A stretch of DNA of 64,000 nt from the human T2T-CHM13v2.0 reference genome, Homo sapiens (GCF_009914755.1 NC_060934.1); one strand, 5' to 3'. Counted from the stretch's first letter, positions 28,790 to 42,710 are shown. Notes: a model not told the origin generated them from the letters alone. Translations and numbers: made by a program.

Positions 28790-29925
28790 GTGCGTGCTTT
28801 GCTATTGTTGCTGTTGTTCACGCGTTTGGTGTTATCTGTTAAAATCTATGACCAAATCTAAAGCTATGAAGATCAATCTCTGTGTTTCCTTGCAACCGCT
28901 GTATAACTTTAGCTTGGATACTTAGATTTCGAAATACTTTGTGCTCATTGTTGCATGTGGTGTAAAGTAGGAATCCAACTTCATTCTCCTGCAAGTGGAA
29001 ATACAGTTGTCCAAGCACCATTTGTTGAAGAGACTATTTTTTGTGCCCATTGAATAGACTGTACACCCTTATTAAAATCAGTTGGCTGCAGATGCATGAG
29101 TTTATTTCTGCAGCCTTGATCTATTCCATTTGTCTCTCTATATAAGCTTATGCCAGGATCACACTGCTTTATTACTGTAGTTTGTGATATGTTTTGTAAG
29201 TCGTCTCACTTTGGTATACTTTGTCAAGATTATTTTGACACCTTGGGGCCCCTAACAATTCCAAATGAATTTGAGAATTTGCTACTTTATTTCTGCAGAA
29301 AGTCTGTTGGAGTTTTGGTAGGGATTGCATGGACTCTGTGAATCATTTCGTGTAGTACTGACGTCTTCACAATATTAAGTATTTCAATCCATGACAAAGA
29401 AATGTCTTTTTAAAATTTATATTTTCTGTAATTTTTTCCATAAATGTTTTCTAATTTCCAGTGTACAAGCCTTTGATCTCTTTGGTTCAAATTTATGACT
29501 AGGTAATTTTTCTTTCCTTTTTTCCTTTCTTCTTCTTTCTCTCTCTTTTTTTCTTCCCATTTTCCTATCTTTCCCCTTTTTCGTTTTCCTTTTAAAATTA
29601 TAGTTAAATGTGGATAACATACAATTTACCATTGTAACCATTGTAACGGTACAGCTTTTTGGCATTAAGTATTAGGTTGGTGGAAAAGTAATTGCTGGTT
29701 TTGCCATTACTTCTAAATCAGCAATTGCTTTTGCACCAACCTAATACATTCATATTGTTATACCAATCTCCAGAACTTTCACCTGCCCTAACTGAGGCTC
29801 TGTACCATTAGTGTGAATAACCCACTTCCCCCTCCTCCTGCCCCCGGGATCAGCATGGTACCTGCTGCCTCTATGAGTTTAAATAATCTAGGTACTCAGA
29901 CAATTGGAATCATACCATCTTCCTT
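28790..29925 (-). mobile_element. Old L1MB-like fragments
   Basis: cagttgtccaagcaccatttgttgaagagact...gggattgcatggactctg...acatacaatttaccatt...ggcattaagta|cattcat. Confidence 0.8.
29672..29744. mobile_element. MADE1 (Hsmar1-derived MITE)
   Basis: TA-ttaggttggtggaaaagtaattgc...gcaattgcttttgcaccaacctaa-TA; palindromic TIRs and TA TSD inside an L1. Confidence 0.95.
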
Positions 29926-30516
29926 GTAGCCAAGGAGTCTGAGATTCAGAGTACAAGGGCTACTTCATCAGGACCACGCCCCACGCTGACGGCCGAGCAG
30001 AAGGGCCCAGGCCTTGCCCTCCCTGGATGGATGGCCCGCAGATTTGCTGGTGAGGAGGAGAAACAAACCACACCACCCTCCTTTAATTGCACACCAGGAT
30101 TTCTTTTCCATTGCTTTTTCCACTCCATTTAAAATAGCGTTTTAAATCTACTCACGTTTGATACTACCCAAATTAAAAGTATAAAAAGTAGATGAGCCCA
30201 ATATACATACAAGTGGGAAATAATGCTAGAACTTAAAACGTAGAAAATTTTATCTTCATGAAATATAAGCTGAGAAAATCCAGAATATAGGTACACATAA
30301 TTCTTAAATACTCACTTGTTCCCTAAACTTCAGCCACTTGTCATTTTTGGTATTCTGATGGTGTGAGATAAGTAACAAAGGGAAATGGCAACAGTAATCA
30401 AAGAGTCACGTGATCAGTAGCTGCAATTTTGTGACATAAGCTTGTGTGGAGAAGGCAGTATGTTGGGTGTGAACCAAATAAAATTGTTCCCAAATATGGA
30501 CCGTGAACCACCTTTC

Positions 30517-31160
30517 TTATTTTTTATTTGAACTTACTATGTCTACATAATAGTTACACATATTTATGGGGTACATGTGGCATTTTGACAAGCATTCAAT
30601 GAGTAATGATCAAATCAGGGTAATTGAAGTATCCATCACCTCAAGCAGTTATCATGTTTTGTGTGTTAGGAATAGAACATTGCAATCCACTCCTTTAGAT
30701 CAGCTCTTTTAGAGAAGAAAGCTCTTTTAGAGCTTTTAGAACATTGCAATTCCACTCTTTCAGATCAGTGTGTTTAGATCAGCTGACAGGTGAGGGGAGA
30801 GGAGGGTGTGTTTAGATCAGCTGACAGGTGAAGAGGGGAGAGGGGTGTTTTTAGATCAGCGCTGCTGTTCTTCATTCCCATCTCAACCTACATTGGTGGG
30901 AGGTATCTTTCCAAGGATCCTCTGTGTGTGCTGCAGGTGGGAAGGCTGGGGGTACGGGGGGCCAGTAGCCTGTATGCACTGTTGTCCTGCTGGAGGCCAC
31001 AAGCTTCCAGGGGAGCCCTGCCTCTGGACATATTTTGAAATATACAATACACTGTTACAATAGTTGCTACCGAATTCTCCTTCTCATTTCGTCTATCTTA
31101 CTGTATTTTTGTACCCATTAATCATCCCCTCTTTATTCTCTCCTCCCTGCTACCCTTTCC
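30517..31160 (-). mobile_element. L1MA 3' end, interrupted at about 30693-31030
   Basis: tacacatatttatggggtacatgtg...aatgatcaaatcagggtaattg...ccactc [insert] tattttgaaatatacaat...tgtacccattaatcatcc. Confidence 0.85.
30768..31030 (+). other. Local templated duplication of about 35313-35568
   Basis: Two VNTR units plus ~170 bp of unique flank, about 90% identical by eye to the 3' end of the 34.8-35.4 kb VNTR and its flank. Confidence 0.95.
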
Positions 31161-32489
31161 AGCCTCTCCTACCACCCTTCTTATTTTTCTTGTAAAATCC
31201 AAAATCCTGGGCCATAGATCAAGTTAAGGAGCTATTCCAATCAGCACATTTTTGATGCTACCATTAGCAAATGTAGCCTCTTTAGTGAACTAGAATTTAA
31301 GCAATCATGCCAAGATTCCTTTAAGAGAAAATGAGAGGGTGGGTGGAAGACTAAACATTTGATAGGAATATAAAACCACATTCTTTAGAGTAAGTGAAAA
31401 CTTGATAAATATTCATCGACGGTCCTCCTATTCATGGGAGCAATTCGTAACAATTGTGAAGAATAAAATAAAAAGTAATTAGAGATGATTAGAATTCTCA
31501 AAATCACACGCTCAGATGAAATGAACTATAGCTTCAGAAATCTTCAAATGGCAATTTTCTGAATTAATTTTAAGTTTGCATCACCTAGCATGGTCGGAAC
31601 ATATCCTACTGATTGCTCATACTGAGAGAATGTCAGTATGATGATTCTAACATTGTTCAAAATAAGTACTGGAGTTCGGCAAGTTCACTGTAAACCTGCA
31701 CTACTGTAAGACAATTTGGAGACAATGTAAAGATAATGAAGAAAATCTGGAGTAAGTATTGAAGTCTCAGACCCGATAAACGAGCTGGGCACCTTAGGTG
31801 ATGCTTCTGTGAAGAACTTGGCATTGTCTTCTGACTGCATGACTTACCATCTTTCACTGGGATGAGCACCTGCTCTGACTGTGATGATGAAGAATGTGTG
31901 ATTCTGTGTCTTTTAGCCTTTTTGTTTTTGCACAGCGATTCATATTTTAACATAATTTTAATTGATGGACTAACTTTGTTAGGGTCATAGATTTTACTTT
32001 AATTTATTAAGTTAGATATGTACTTTGAGAAGATTTAAATTAGAAGCTGCAATTAAAGATTGGGTGAAGATTTTGAAGGGTTCAAAATTATTTTCTATTT
32101 ATTCTAAATTAACGTAAAAATAAACATTACCAATCACCTCACTTTTAAACCAATTTCTCAATGGAGTTGAGAAGTAGGATATGTTTTTGAAAGCAAAGCA
32201 AATCCATATTAGAACGATTAGACTAAGTCTCATTTATAATTTGAAAATATATGTATGCAGCAAACTCTTTTTAAAGTTAATTTGTAAAGTTCCAGGCTAA
32301 AAATTGTGTTAAAAATAGAGAAAACAAAACTGACAAATAATTTGTTTTGAATTACCTATTTTTTAATGTATTCATTAAATATTTATTAAGCTCCGGTTCC
32401 ATTCTCGGCTGTGACCTCTGGGTAGGGTGATCCCTCACAGCCGTGTTTCCCAGGCTTGCCTGATCATAATCACCGGGAGCCAATGTCAT

Positions 32490-32820
32490 CAATATCCTGG
32501 TTTCCTGTTCTCTTTTCTCCCCACCATGTGGGTTTTGTCTTCACGTGTGTTGCCTCAAGATTATAAGATGCCATTTCACCTCCAGCACCATGTTTATGCC
32601 CGATGCAGAAAGAAGAGGGGAAGGCCAGGAAAATAAAAACATCCCCCAAATCCTTGGAGGTTGTGGTTCATGTGTCATTGGCCAATGTTTTTTGGTTTTC
32701 AATGAATCAGAAAAATCAGCATTCCACCTAGACATGTTGCTTTCCCAAACAAAATTATGACTTAGCCACCAATGAAGAGGGAAAACTACGTATTGTATAA
32801 GCAACCTACAGTGTGTGCTG
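32490..32820 (-). mobile_element. MLT1K/J-like old MaLR LTR
   Basis: caatgtcatcaatatcctggtttc...aagatgcc...tcatgtgtcattggcca...cccaaacaaaatt...gcaacctacagtgt. Confidence 0.55.
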
Positions 32821-33529
32821 AGTAACCAATGAGTAATGCGATGAACCTGTTGAGAGGAAATGACAGGATCATACGAAATCCGTTGATAAGAACTCTTGTC
32901 TTTTTATCTGATATTAAGACCGAGCATGACCTGCCCCTTCTCACTTCTTCATACCCTTCAGAATCTATGTGGGCCTTTGTTATTTATTTCTTCTTCAAGA
33001 ATGCCTTTGTTTCTTATATTTAATAAAAATGTATGTGTTTTAATAAACCGATAAAAATTTTAACAATAAAATTTCTAAAAATCAATCTTCAAAAGTCACA
33101 ATAATTTTTCACAAAGTTTACTCACAAAAATGTTGAAGTAACCTGCATACCTGACAATGTGGGTTGGTTCAATCACTTAGAGGAAAATCATAGGAATGAA
33201 TAGCAGGTAGCCATTACATTGTAAATAGTCTTGAGTGTAAATTGTGATGAACTGGAAAGATACTCATGATAATTTCATTTTAATACAATGATCAGTGTAC
33301 TCAATTTTATGTAGATAAGGTTATATATAGATATGTTTATTGATTTGCATTAATATCTATATGTTTCTTTATGGATGATGATCTTAGATAAGAATTTTAC
33401 TTTTTTAGTTACTATTTAAATTAAATTAAATATATTACAAGTAATTTGGTCAACATTGGAAAAGGGGGTAGAGATGAAGACGCTGGAAAAGTGCTTCTGT
33501 GTCAAGATTTTAGTGCATTAGAAATGAGA

Positions 33530-33862
<333 letters not shown>

Positions 33863-33954
33863 TCATTCTCTGCAAATTAGGAGGCAAGGTAGCGCAATTG
33901 CATGAACGACAAACAGGCAAGCACAAAGAAGATGTCAAATTTATATATATATAT

Positions 33955-34122
33955 ATTTTTTAATTTTTATTTTTTAGACAAAGTCTTCCTCTGTCTCCCA
34001 GACTGCAGTACAGTGCTGGGATCAAGGCTCAGTGCACCTCAAACCCCTGGGCTCAAGAGATTCTCCCACCTCAGCCTCCCAGGTAGCTGGGACCAGAAGT
34101 GAACATCGCCACACCCGGCTAA
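33955..34122 (-). mobile_element. Alu right monomer (FRAM/AluJ arm)
   Basis: Antisense right arm; TSD-like aagatgt(c/g)aaa on both sides. Confidence 0.85.
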
Positions 34123-34774
34123 AGATGTGAAAATGTTCTATTCAACCCAGTTCGGCCTTAGGGAAAGCAGCTTTTAATAACCTCCTAGCTTCTTGCTTAT
34201 AAGTTCTCTAAAAACAAACAAACAAACTTGTTTTCTAATATTCCCCAGCTATCTTCTTATCCAATCCTGTACTATTTAATTCTGTTATATAGTGTTAGCA
34301 GTGTGTATTGTACTAAAATATTTGATCAATAACTATTGAATCAGTGCGTATTTGGAAATATTGATATTCTGTTCTCTATTTCATTTTCCCATGACATGCA
34401 TATGATATTTCATCCAAAGCGATTACAGTCTTTCTTTATTGTGATTAGAGAAGTAGATAAAAGTATTTCAAATTATAGACAAGAAAAAATGCAATTACTA
34501 ATAAACTTCTAAAACTCAAAATTGTACTTTCTTCAGCCAGAAAAATAACCCTAAAGCCAGAATTGGTCATGAGAATCAGGAGTTTCTAAATAGAGTTATT
34601 ATGTCAGAATTTAAAGTGAGAGGATTTGGATCATGGGCTTTCTTTCAAAATGCAGACAAGAGGCAATTTCTGTTTATTACCTCTATTCTGCGGTTGCAGC
34701 TCCAAGTATGAAAATATATGGTGTAGAGATTGGAAAAGGCCTAGACCCGTTCCTTTGAGTTGTCAAGGTCACTG

Positions 34775-35405
34775 GGTGAGGAGGGGATGGGGGTGTGTTT
34801 AGATCAGCTGACAGGTGAGGAGGGGGGGGGGTGTTTAGATCCGCTGACAGGTGAGGAGGGGGGGGGGTGTTTAGATCCGCTGACAGGTGAGGAGGGAAGA
34901 CAGGTGTGTTTAGATCAGTTGACAGGTGAGGAGGGGAGGGGGGTGTGTTTAGATCAGCTGACCGGTGAGGAGGGGAGAAGGTTGTGTTTAGATCAGCTGA
35001 CAGGTGAGGAGGAGAGGTGGGTGTGTTTAGACCAGCTGACAGGTGAGGAGGGGAGGGGTGTCTGTGTGTTTAGATCAGTTGACAGGTGAGGAGGGAAGAC
35101 AGGTGTGTTTAGACCAGCTGACAGGTGAGGAGGGGAGGGGTGTCTGTGTGTTTAGATCAGCTGACAGGTGAGGAGGGGAGGGGTGTCTGTGTGTTTAGAC
35201 CAGCTGACAGGTGAGGAGGGGAGGGGTGTCTGTGTGTTTAGACCAGCTGACAGGTGAGGAGGGGAGGGGTGTCTGTGTGTTTAGATCAGTTGACAGGTGA
35301 GGAGGGAAGACAGGTGTGTTTAGACCAGCTGACAGATGATGAGGGGAGGGAGGTGTGTTTAGGTCAGCTGACAGGTGAGGAGGGGAGAGGTGTGTGTTTA
35401 GACCA
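34775..35405. repeat. 35-43-bp G-rich VNTR, about 15.5 copies
   Basis: Core gtgtttagatcagctgacaggtgaggagggg with a variable G-rich spacer. Confidence 0.97.
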
Positions 35406-36795
35406 GCACTGCAGTCCTTCGTTCCACCTCAACCTAGATTGGTGGGAGGTACCTTTCCAAGCATCCTCTGTGTGTGCTGCAGGTGGGAAGGCTGTGGGGG
35501 CAGCAGCCTGTACCCACTGTTGTCCTGCTGGAGGCTACAAGCTTCCAGGGGAGCCCTGCCTCTGGACATTCGCAAAATAGCACGGGGCAAAAATGTGGGG
35601 TCATCGGTAGAGGGCAGGGAGAGATAGAGATTCAGATGGCCCTTGTATGTCCCGATCGCTTCCCTCTGTGCTTAGATTCTGAAGATGGATCTGTTATAGA
35701 TAATTTGAGAATCAATAGCATCAGGGCCTCCACCCCCTTTCTAAATAGGACTCTGACATTACCCAGCTGGCTAACACTTACCACTTGGGGATTCACCATT
35801 TCATATGTAGGCAGGAAAAGTTCCTGAGTGCAGCACTCCTTGGCTCCCCTTCTGTGTGGGCTAGAAGGAACTCAGAGATGAGTGTGTGTACCTCAAGAGG
35901 GTGGCTGGCATGGGAGGAGGGGTTCTGCCAGGAGTGGCTGCTGCATTGGGGTTGAAATGGCTTTGAAGCAGATTAATGGGGCCAAGTGCTGGGGCCAAAG
36001 AAAGTCAGAGTCACAGGTGAGTCTCAGGAGGTATGCAGGACCCATTAGGAAGAAAATCCAGCCTATGCGATGTAGAACCAAGGATGTACAACACTTTCCT
36101 TGTGCACCAGAGGTGAACAGTGCATTTCCTGGAAGTGAGGAGGGCCCAGGCAGACAGACCCTGCCATAAGCCAGGGTCAGTTAAGACCTGCATGTAGCAG
36201 AAGACCCTGACAGGCAGACAGGGGAACTTTCCTCAAAGTTTCTTCTTTACACACCACACTCAACCTCACCTTCGGGGTTAGACTAGCTTGAAATCTAAGA
36301 GATACACCTTTTACCTAAAAGCACTGTTTCCAACATTGCATCAGATTGCATGACTCTATTGGACTTTATTTGTGCTCATGACCTGTAGGAGAGAAACTGC
36401 AGGAAGAGCCAATTAGCTACAATAACACACATGCTGTCCATTAATGACCTTGCTACAGAAAGGAAAGAATGAGTCCCAGGGCATCTCTGTGAGTAACAGA
36501 GTCTTTCATGACTCTAGGAAGGTTGAGTTTGGGCAGCTCTGGATGTCTGAGTAGTTGTTTTAGGAAAGCATCGATAAATTCTGACTTAGTCACAACATTT
36601 CACGGAAAATAACAGAGGTTGGACAATCACGCCATGTTACAAAGAAGCAATACTTACAAATGAGAATTATCGAAAATAAAGGCAGTCTGTGCTATCAAGG
36701 TTGCTTTAGCTAAATCTGACAAATGTAGTAAAAAAATCTCCAATTTTAAAGGCAGTAAGATGTCGTGATCCAGAAGCTCAGGTGACAAGGCTTTA

Positions 36796-37346
<551 letters not shown>

Positions 37347-39075
37347 TTAAAGTAGAGTCCTTAGAGAAATTAAGTTTGCAGGTGGGTGATGGAAAATCAC
37401 AACATTTGAATTCTGGGGTGATAAAGGAAGAATATCTAGGTTGTCTTCGTAACTCTTTTAATTGTTATAATTTTTGGAGAGGTTTTGAAAAAGAGGAATG
37501 TCCAGTCCCAGTCAATATGAATGGAATTGATTTTCAAAAGCAGTAGATACACAGAGTAGATGAAAGGTTACACATGTTTTGGAAGAACTGATGTAAAGTC
37601 ATTGGGAAAAAAAATACTGTAGAGAGCTTTTTATTAAATAAAGTGATTTGATTTAAATAATTATATACTGTATGTCCTTCGATGCCTTGAGATGGAATCA
37701 TAATGTTTAACCGTAACTGTTAAACATTCTTCACTTAGCGAAATTAAACAATTTGATGTCTGTTGCCTGTATATTTGTTGTAAAATTTCACTCATCTGTA
37801 AATCTGCAAGTATAGGAATCGCTGATCTAAACCACCAATGACACAGATCATTTTACAGACAGGGCTTTAATTTCCAAATTTACAGAACTCATCGCTTTAA
37901 ATTAAATTATACATACAATATTACATACATATTTGTGTTATAAATTTATTAATTATGGTAAATATGATATCAATAAGTAATATATAGATATAATTTCTTT
38001 CTCATAGTTTCAAATAATCTCTTGAGGATGTTTAAACATAAATCCCAACCATTGTACATTGTTCCAGCTTTGCTGCCTGTTTGTGTTTATACACATGAGA
38101 ATATACCAGTATATTTCTCTTAAACCATTCCTAAAGTAAAGGTGAGGAAGTAAATATTTCTTTGAAGGACATTAGCACAGTATTTGATAACTTTGGTAGT
38201 ATTTGATACATATTGAATGAAAAGAGAGCTATATTGTTCATCACAATATGAACAGTGATTATAGAATTATATCCTGTATAGGTAAGTTATACAGTAATCT
38301 ATCTTATCATTATGCAAAGAAGCCCCTCCACATTTAAGTTAGTTGTGTATTGCTTGAAATACGAGCATAATAATTATACTCATTTTTGTGTACTATTTTT
38401 GCAGAGTGAAGTGTCAATGCAGGTCTTTTCTTTCTTTTTCTATTGCTTTTGTTAAGTAGAAACTGCCTTTGTGACACAGGTTTTACCTTAAAAACCCTCA
38501 AATTCGTTTTCGCAGTTCATCTGAAGCTCTCTGTACAATTTCTGGAACAGCCAGAGAAGGTTGAGTGAATAAGTATAGAAAATGATCTCAGAACGAAATC
38601 AGTGCTTTTATAGAATATCGTTTTTAAATGCTAGTATTTTACCATCTATAAATCCTTAAACGCTATCATGGAATTTTTTCCTCTTAACTTTTTTCAATAA
38701 CTCCATAAATAAATAACTTCTTTATTAACATTCAAAATCATTTTATGAATTATATAAAGGTTTGATATATACTTGTCGTTTTTCTGAACTCAGATATTTA
38801 TTCTCAAAATATGAAAAATGCATCAAATTATGAGATAATATTTGACATATCTAAATTACTTATATCTAGTGGAAATTATGTACTTCTTGTCCATTTTTTT
38901 AAAAAAAGTAAATGCATTAATTCTCAGATATGAGTAGTTATCTGAATTTTCCTGTATTCCACTCAACTAAAAAATGATCATTTTTTAACAGAAAAAAAAC
39001 TATAAGCAAAGTTCTGCTTAATTTTATAAGCAATTCTGGCATTTTATTTTATTTGCATGTTTGTTAATTTGGCCT

Positions 39076-39781
39076 TATCTAAGACCAACCATCAGGGCTA
39101 AGGACCCGCCCAAGCATTGCATCTTATCTAAGACCTTCCTTGTAAGGACTTGCCCAGGCATTGCTTCTTATCTGAAACCCTCCATCAGGGCTAAGGACCT
39201 GCCCAGGCATTCCATCTTATTTAAGACCCTCCATCAGGGCTAAGGACCTGCCCAGGCATTCCATCTTATTTAAGACCCTCCATCAGGGCTAAGGACCTGC
39301 CCAGGCATTCCATCTTATTTAAGACCCTCCGTCAGGGGTAAGAACCTGCCCAGGCATTGCATCCTATCTGAGACTCTCCATGAGGGTTAAGGACCTGCCG
39401 AGGCATTGCACCATATCTGAGACACTCCATGAGGGGTAAAGACCTGCCCAGGCATTGCATCCTATCTGAGACTCTCCATGAGGGTTAAGGACCTGCCGAG
39501 GCACTGCATCGTATCAAAGACGCTCGGTCAGGACTAAGGACCTGCCTAGGCATTGCTTTGTATCTAAGACTCTCCAGCAGGGCTAAGGACCTGCCCAGGC
39601 ATTCCACCTTATTTAAGACCCTCCATCAGGGGTAAGGACCTGCCTAGGCATTGCATCTTATCTAAGCCCTCGGTCAGGGGTACGGACCTGCCGAGGCGTT
39701 GCATCTTATCTGAGACCCTGAGTCAGGAATAAGGTATCTAAGACCCTCCGTCAGGGCTAAGGACCTGCCCATGCATTGCAT
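39076..39781. repeat. 49-bp VNTR, about 14 copies
   Basis: Unit tatctaagaccctccatcagggctaaggacctgcccaggcattgcatct. Confidence 0.97.
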
Positions 39782-40824
39782 TGTGTTGGCAAGCCGTGCA
39801 GATCTCCTGCCCTGGGCCTCATTCCCCACCCCTGATCTGGGTCTGGATGATTTTATTTATTTGCTTTCTGGATCTTTACAGCTTGGGCTCTACTGTCTCA
39901 GGATATAAATGGCATATGATGTGTATGAATGATGCCTTTTGGTCAGTTTAATGTTTTTTAGGTTTTTACCCTCGTGTTGCATTTCTATGCATTCGAATCA
40001 AAGCAGCTTTCATCCTTGCAGCCTGTCACACTGGGGACTTCAGGGATAAATCAGCAGAAAATCCAGGTCTGCAGTTTATGACGACTTTTTTTGTCCATCT
40101 AATTCTTGCCTTATCAACACAATAAACAACTATTCTATTCTTAATGTTTAAACCTGTAAAGCTACCTCATTTTTTAACTTTTAGAACCAGCCTTTCCTTC
40201 TGCTAAAATGTTCTCATTTAAAACCCTCCCCCATTCTTAAAATTATTAATGATGACCAGGGTTTAATTGGGTCACCTTAGTGTGTTAATTCCTTTCACTG
40301 GGAAGTTAGAAAAGAAGCTGGGTGCCGTGAGGAGTCTAAGCACACTGGGGAGGTTGAATGAGCAGAGTGGAGCCACATCATAGAGGGGCTAGATGGAGCG
40401 ACCCAAATATTTTATCTTAGAACACTAACATCATCAGGCTCACAATATATCCATCCCTCATGGAACTGAATTATGCCTGCATTGGACCTAGTTATATTGA
40501 AGAATTTTAGGTATAATCAGATAAATTTACGTTTTAAATAAGAATGTTATGCACCACTCACATGTTGCATGAAGGTTCATGTCTGAAGCAAACAGTATAA
40601 TATTTAGTATTTAAAATTCTGGCCTTACTTCTGTTGGTTTCCAGATTAACTTTAGAGGACAGTTTTCTCCCTGCTGCAGTAGTGATCACAGTAACCCAGC
40701 CGCTAAGGGAGAAAGATTTTTATCTTTATTGCCACGGGCCACTGTCTACAGGCTGAAATGGGGCAAATGAATTTGGTGATGGTCTTCAGAGCCTGGTTTC
40801 TCATCTTTCCTTAAAGCTACTACA

Positions 40825-41480
40825 GAAGCAGGAAGGTGTCATACCTTCCCTTACCTGTCATAAGGGTCACAGCTGATACTCCTATAACAAAAGACAGGCG
40901 AATGAGAGAAAAGTATCACAAATTTATGAAGTCAAAGTTTTAGATGGTATACGATCTTTCAGAAATAAAGACCCCCAAACCCAACAACAACTACTTTTAT
41001 GCTTAGGTTCCATAAAAAATGGACAGCTGTGTAGAAATGTGTTCGGACAAAAGGCTGTGACCAAGCCATAACAAAGTTGAATGACCTGAGGTCAGGAGTT
41101 TGAGACCAGCCTGGCCAACACGACGAAACCCCAACTCTACTAAAAATGCAAAAATTAGCCGGGTGTTGTGGCGGGCACCTGTAGTCCCAGCTACTAAGGA
41201 GGAGGCAGGGGAATTGCTTAAACGCAGGAGGTGGAGGTTGCAGTGAGCCAAGATAGCACCACTGCACTCCAGCCTGGGCGACAGAGTGAGACTCCGTGTC
41301 AAAACAACTAACCAAACAAATAAACAAATACCAAAGTGAAGGGAAACCCAGCAAGGACTGCCTGTTCTGGGTCTTCTTGACCTCTTTGTATGTGTTCCTT
41401 ACTCCCAGGGACAGGGCAGGACTCCTCTGGAATGAAGGTCTTCAAAGGAGAGGGGTTAAGGGAGAAGGTGACCTTCTAGG
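40825..41480 (-). mobile_element. Probable ERV1 (MER4-group) LTR fragment interrupted by an Alu
   Basis: tcataagggtcac...cctataacaaaagacagg...tttcagaaataaagacccc...ggaaacccagcaagg...gggcaggactcctctggaatgaaggtctt. Confidence 0.55.
41084..41331 (+). mobile_element. AluSx-like, 5'-truncated
   Basis: Begins acctgaggtcagg; (AAAC)n-type tail; TSD-like caaagt(t)gaa. Confidence 0.93.
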
Positions 41481-41522
41481 TGCCATGGCAGATGGATGTG
41501 TTTGGGGAGCCAGGGGACTGAC

Positions 41523-41805
41523 TGTGGTAGCCACCTCCAGGATGACCTGCAGTCACCCTCATCTCCTGGTATTGACGCATGTGTTTGAGCCCCTCCAACA
41601 TTTAACCAGGGCTGCTGTGTGTGAACAATATAATATGGTGGAGGTGACCATGCCTGACTTCTAGAGCTAGGACACGAAGGCATTGCAGTGAATCCTGCGG
41701 CCTCTTGGATCATGTATTCTGAAGGAAGCCAGTCACATGTGAGGACACTCAACAGCTTTGTGTGCGGCCCACACAGAGAGAAATTGAGGTCTCCAATCAA
41801 TGAGC
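41523..41805 (+). mobile_element. MLT1F-like LTR, 5' part
   Basis: tgtggtagccacctccaggatgacc...ctcctggtatt...tgacttctagagctagg...ggaagccag...gtgaggacactcaa. Confidence 0.75.
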
Positions 41806-42239
41806 TTTTTTCACTGGGTACCGTGAATGTCGTGGTTTGCAGACTCTCATCCTCTGGAGAACTCTGTTGTCTTGTTAAGCAGATACTTTCCAGCCTTTAG
41901 GCTCAGGTCAGTCATCACAGCTTCCAGTGTGTTGTTACACATCTTTGCTGCTTTCCTTTTACATCCTAAACTCTCCAGGCTCTTCCTCCGACTCCATGGA
42001 CAGAAGGCAGCAGGTTTCTGTTAGAAACCCTCACCGTGCTGCTCTACGACAAAAGCCACCCGGGGCGAACTTGGGTGTAAGAAAGAAAAAAAACCGCTAG
42101 GAAACCGCCCTGTGTTCTTTGCTTCCCAACTGTGGATTCCCCTCAACACCAGCCTGCCTGGTCCTCAGGTAATTGTGTTTGTAAAAATGTTTTTCAGTAG
42201 CTTCTGAAGTAGCCTCTCATTCCCACTTGCTATAATCAG

Positions 42240-42710
42240 TTGTCCAGGATAATCACTGAAGATGTAAATCCAACCGTGAAAATCTCTCTAAAATATCTGT
42301 GACACTCCATACTACCCTAAATAATATTACAACTGCTTACCATAGCCCCACATTGTAAAGAACCCATTTATAGCTCTGAGCAGGTCTTTACTACTCCTGT
42401 CTTCTTAACCACATCATAGCCACGTGACTTTCTCTTTGTTTTTCACATGAAAATGCCTCAGTGCTGTTTTGCTCCCTCAGAAAGGTTTTTTTCTGAGCTT
42501 TTCTGTGGCCGTTTCCTTCTACTCACTTTTCATTTCTCCAAAGACCTTCTCTCAGCCCCGTGTGTGAATTCCTTCTCCCTCCTCACTGACTGTATCTCAT
42601 CCTTTTATCCATTCACACATTTATAGCTTTTTGAAACGATTTTATTGTTTTTAACTTAAAACATTCCTATCATATGCTTCTTCCATTGAAATTTAAACTT
42701 AATGGCTCCA
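42240..42710 (+). mobile_element. L2-like fragment
   Basis: Degenerate C/T-rich L2 3'-type sequence. Confidence 0.4.

Noticed and set aside
31657-31953. 98-aa minus-strand ORF containing a consensus donor (gatg|gtaagt near 31847)
   Set aside because: There is no recognisable homology or convincing acceptor, and a lone donor consensus is expected by chance.
34760-35580. Repetitive CLDQLTGEEG ORFs, also at 30806-31063
   Set aside because: They are VNTR translations, and variable unit lengths shift the frame.
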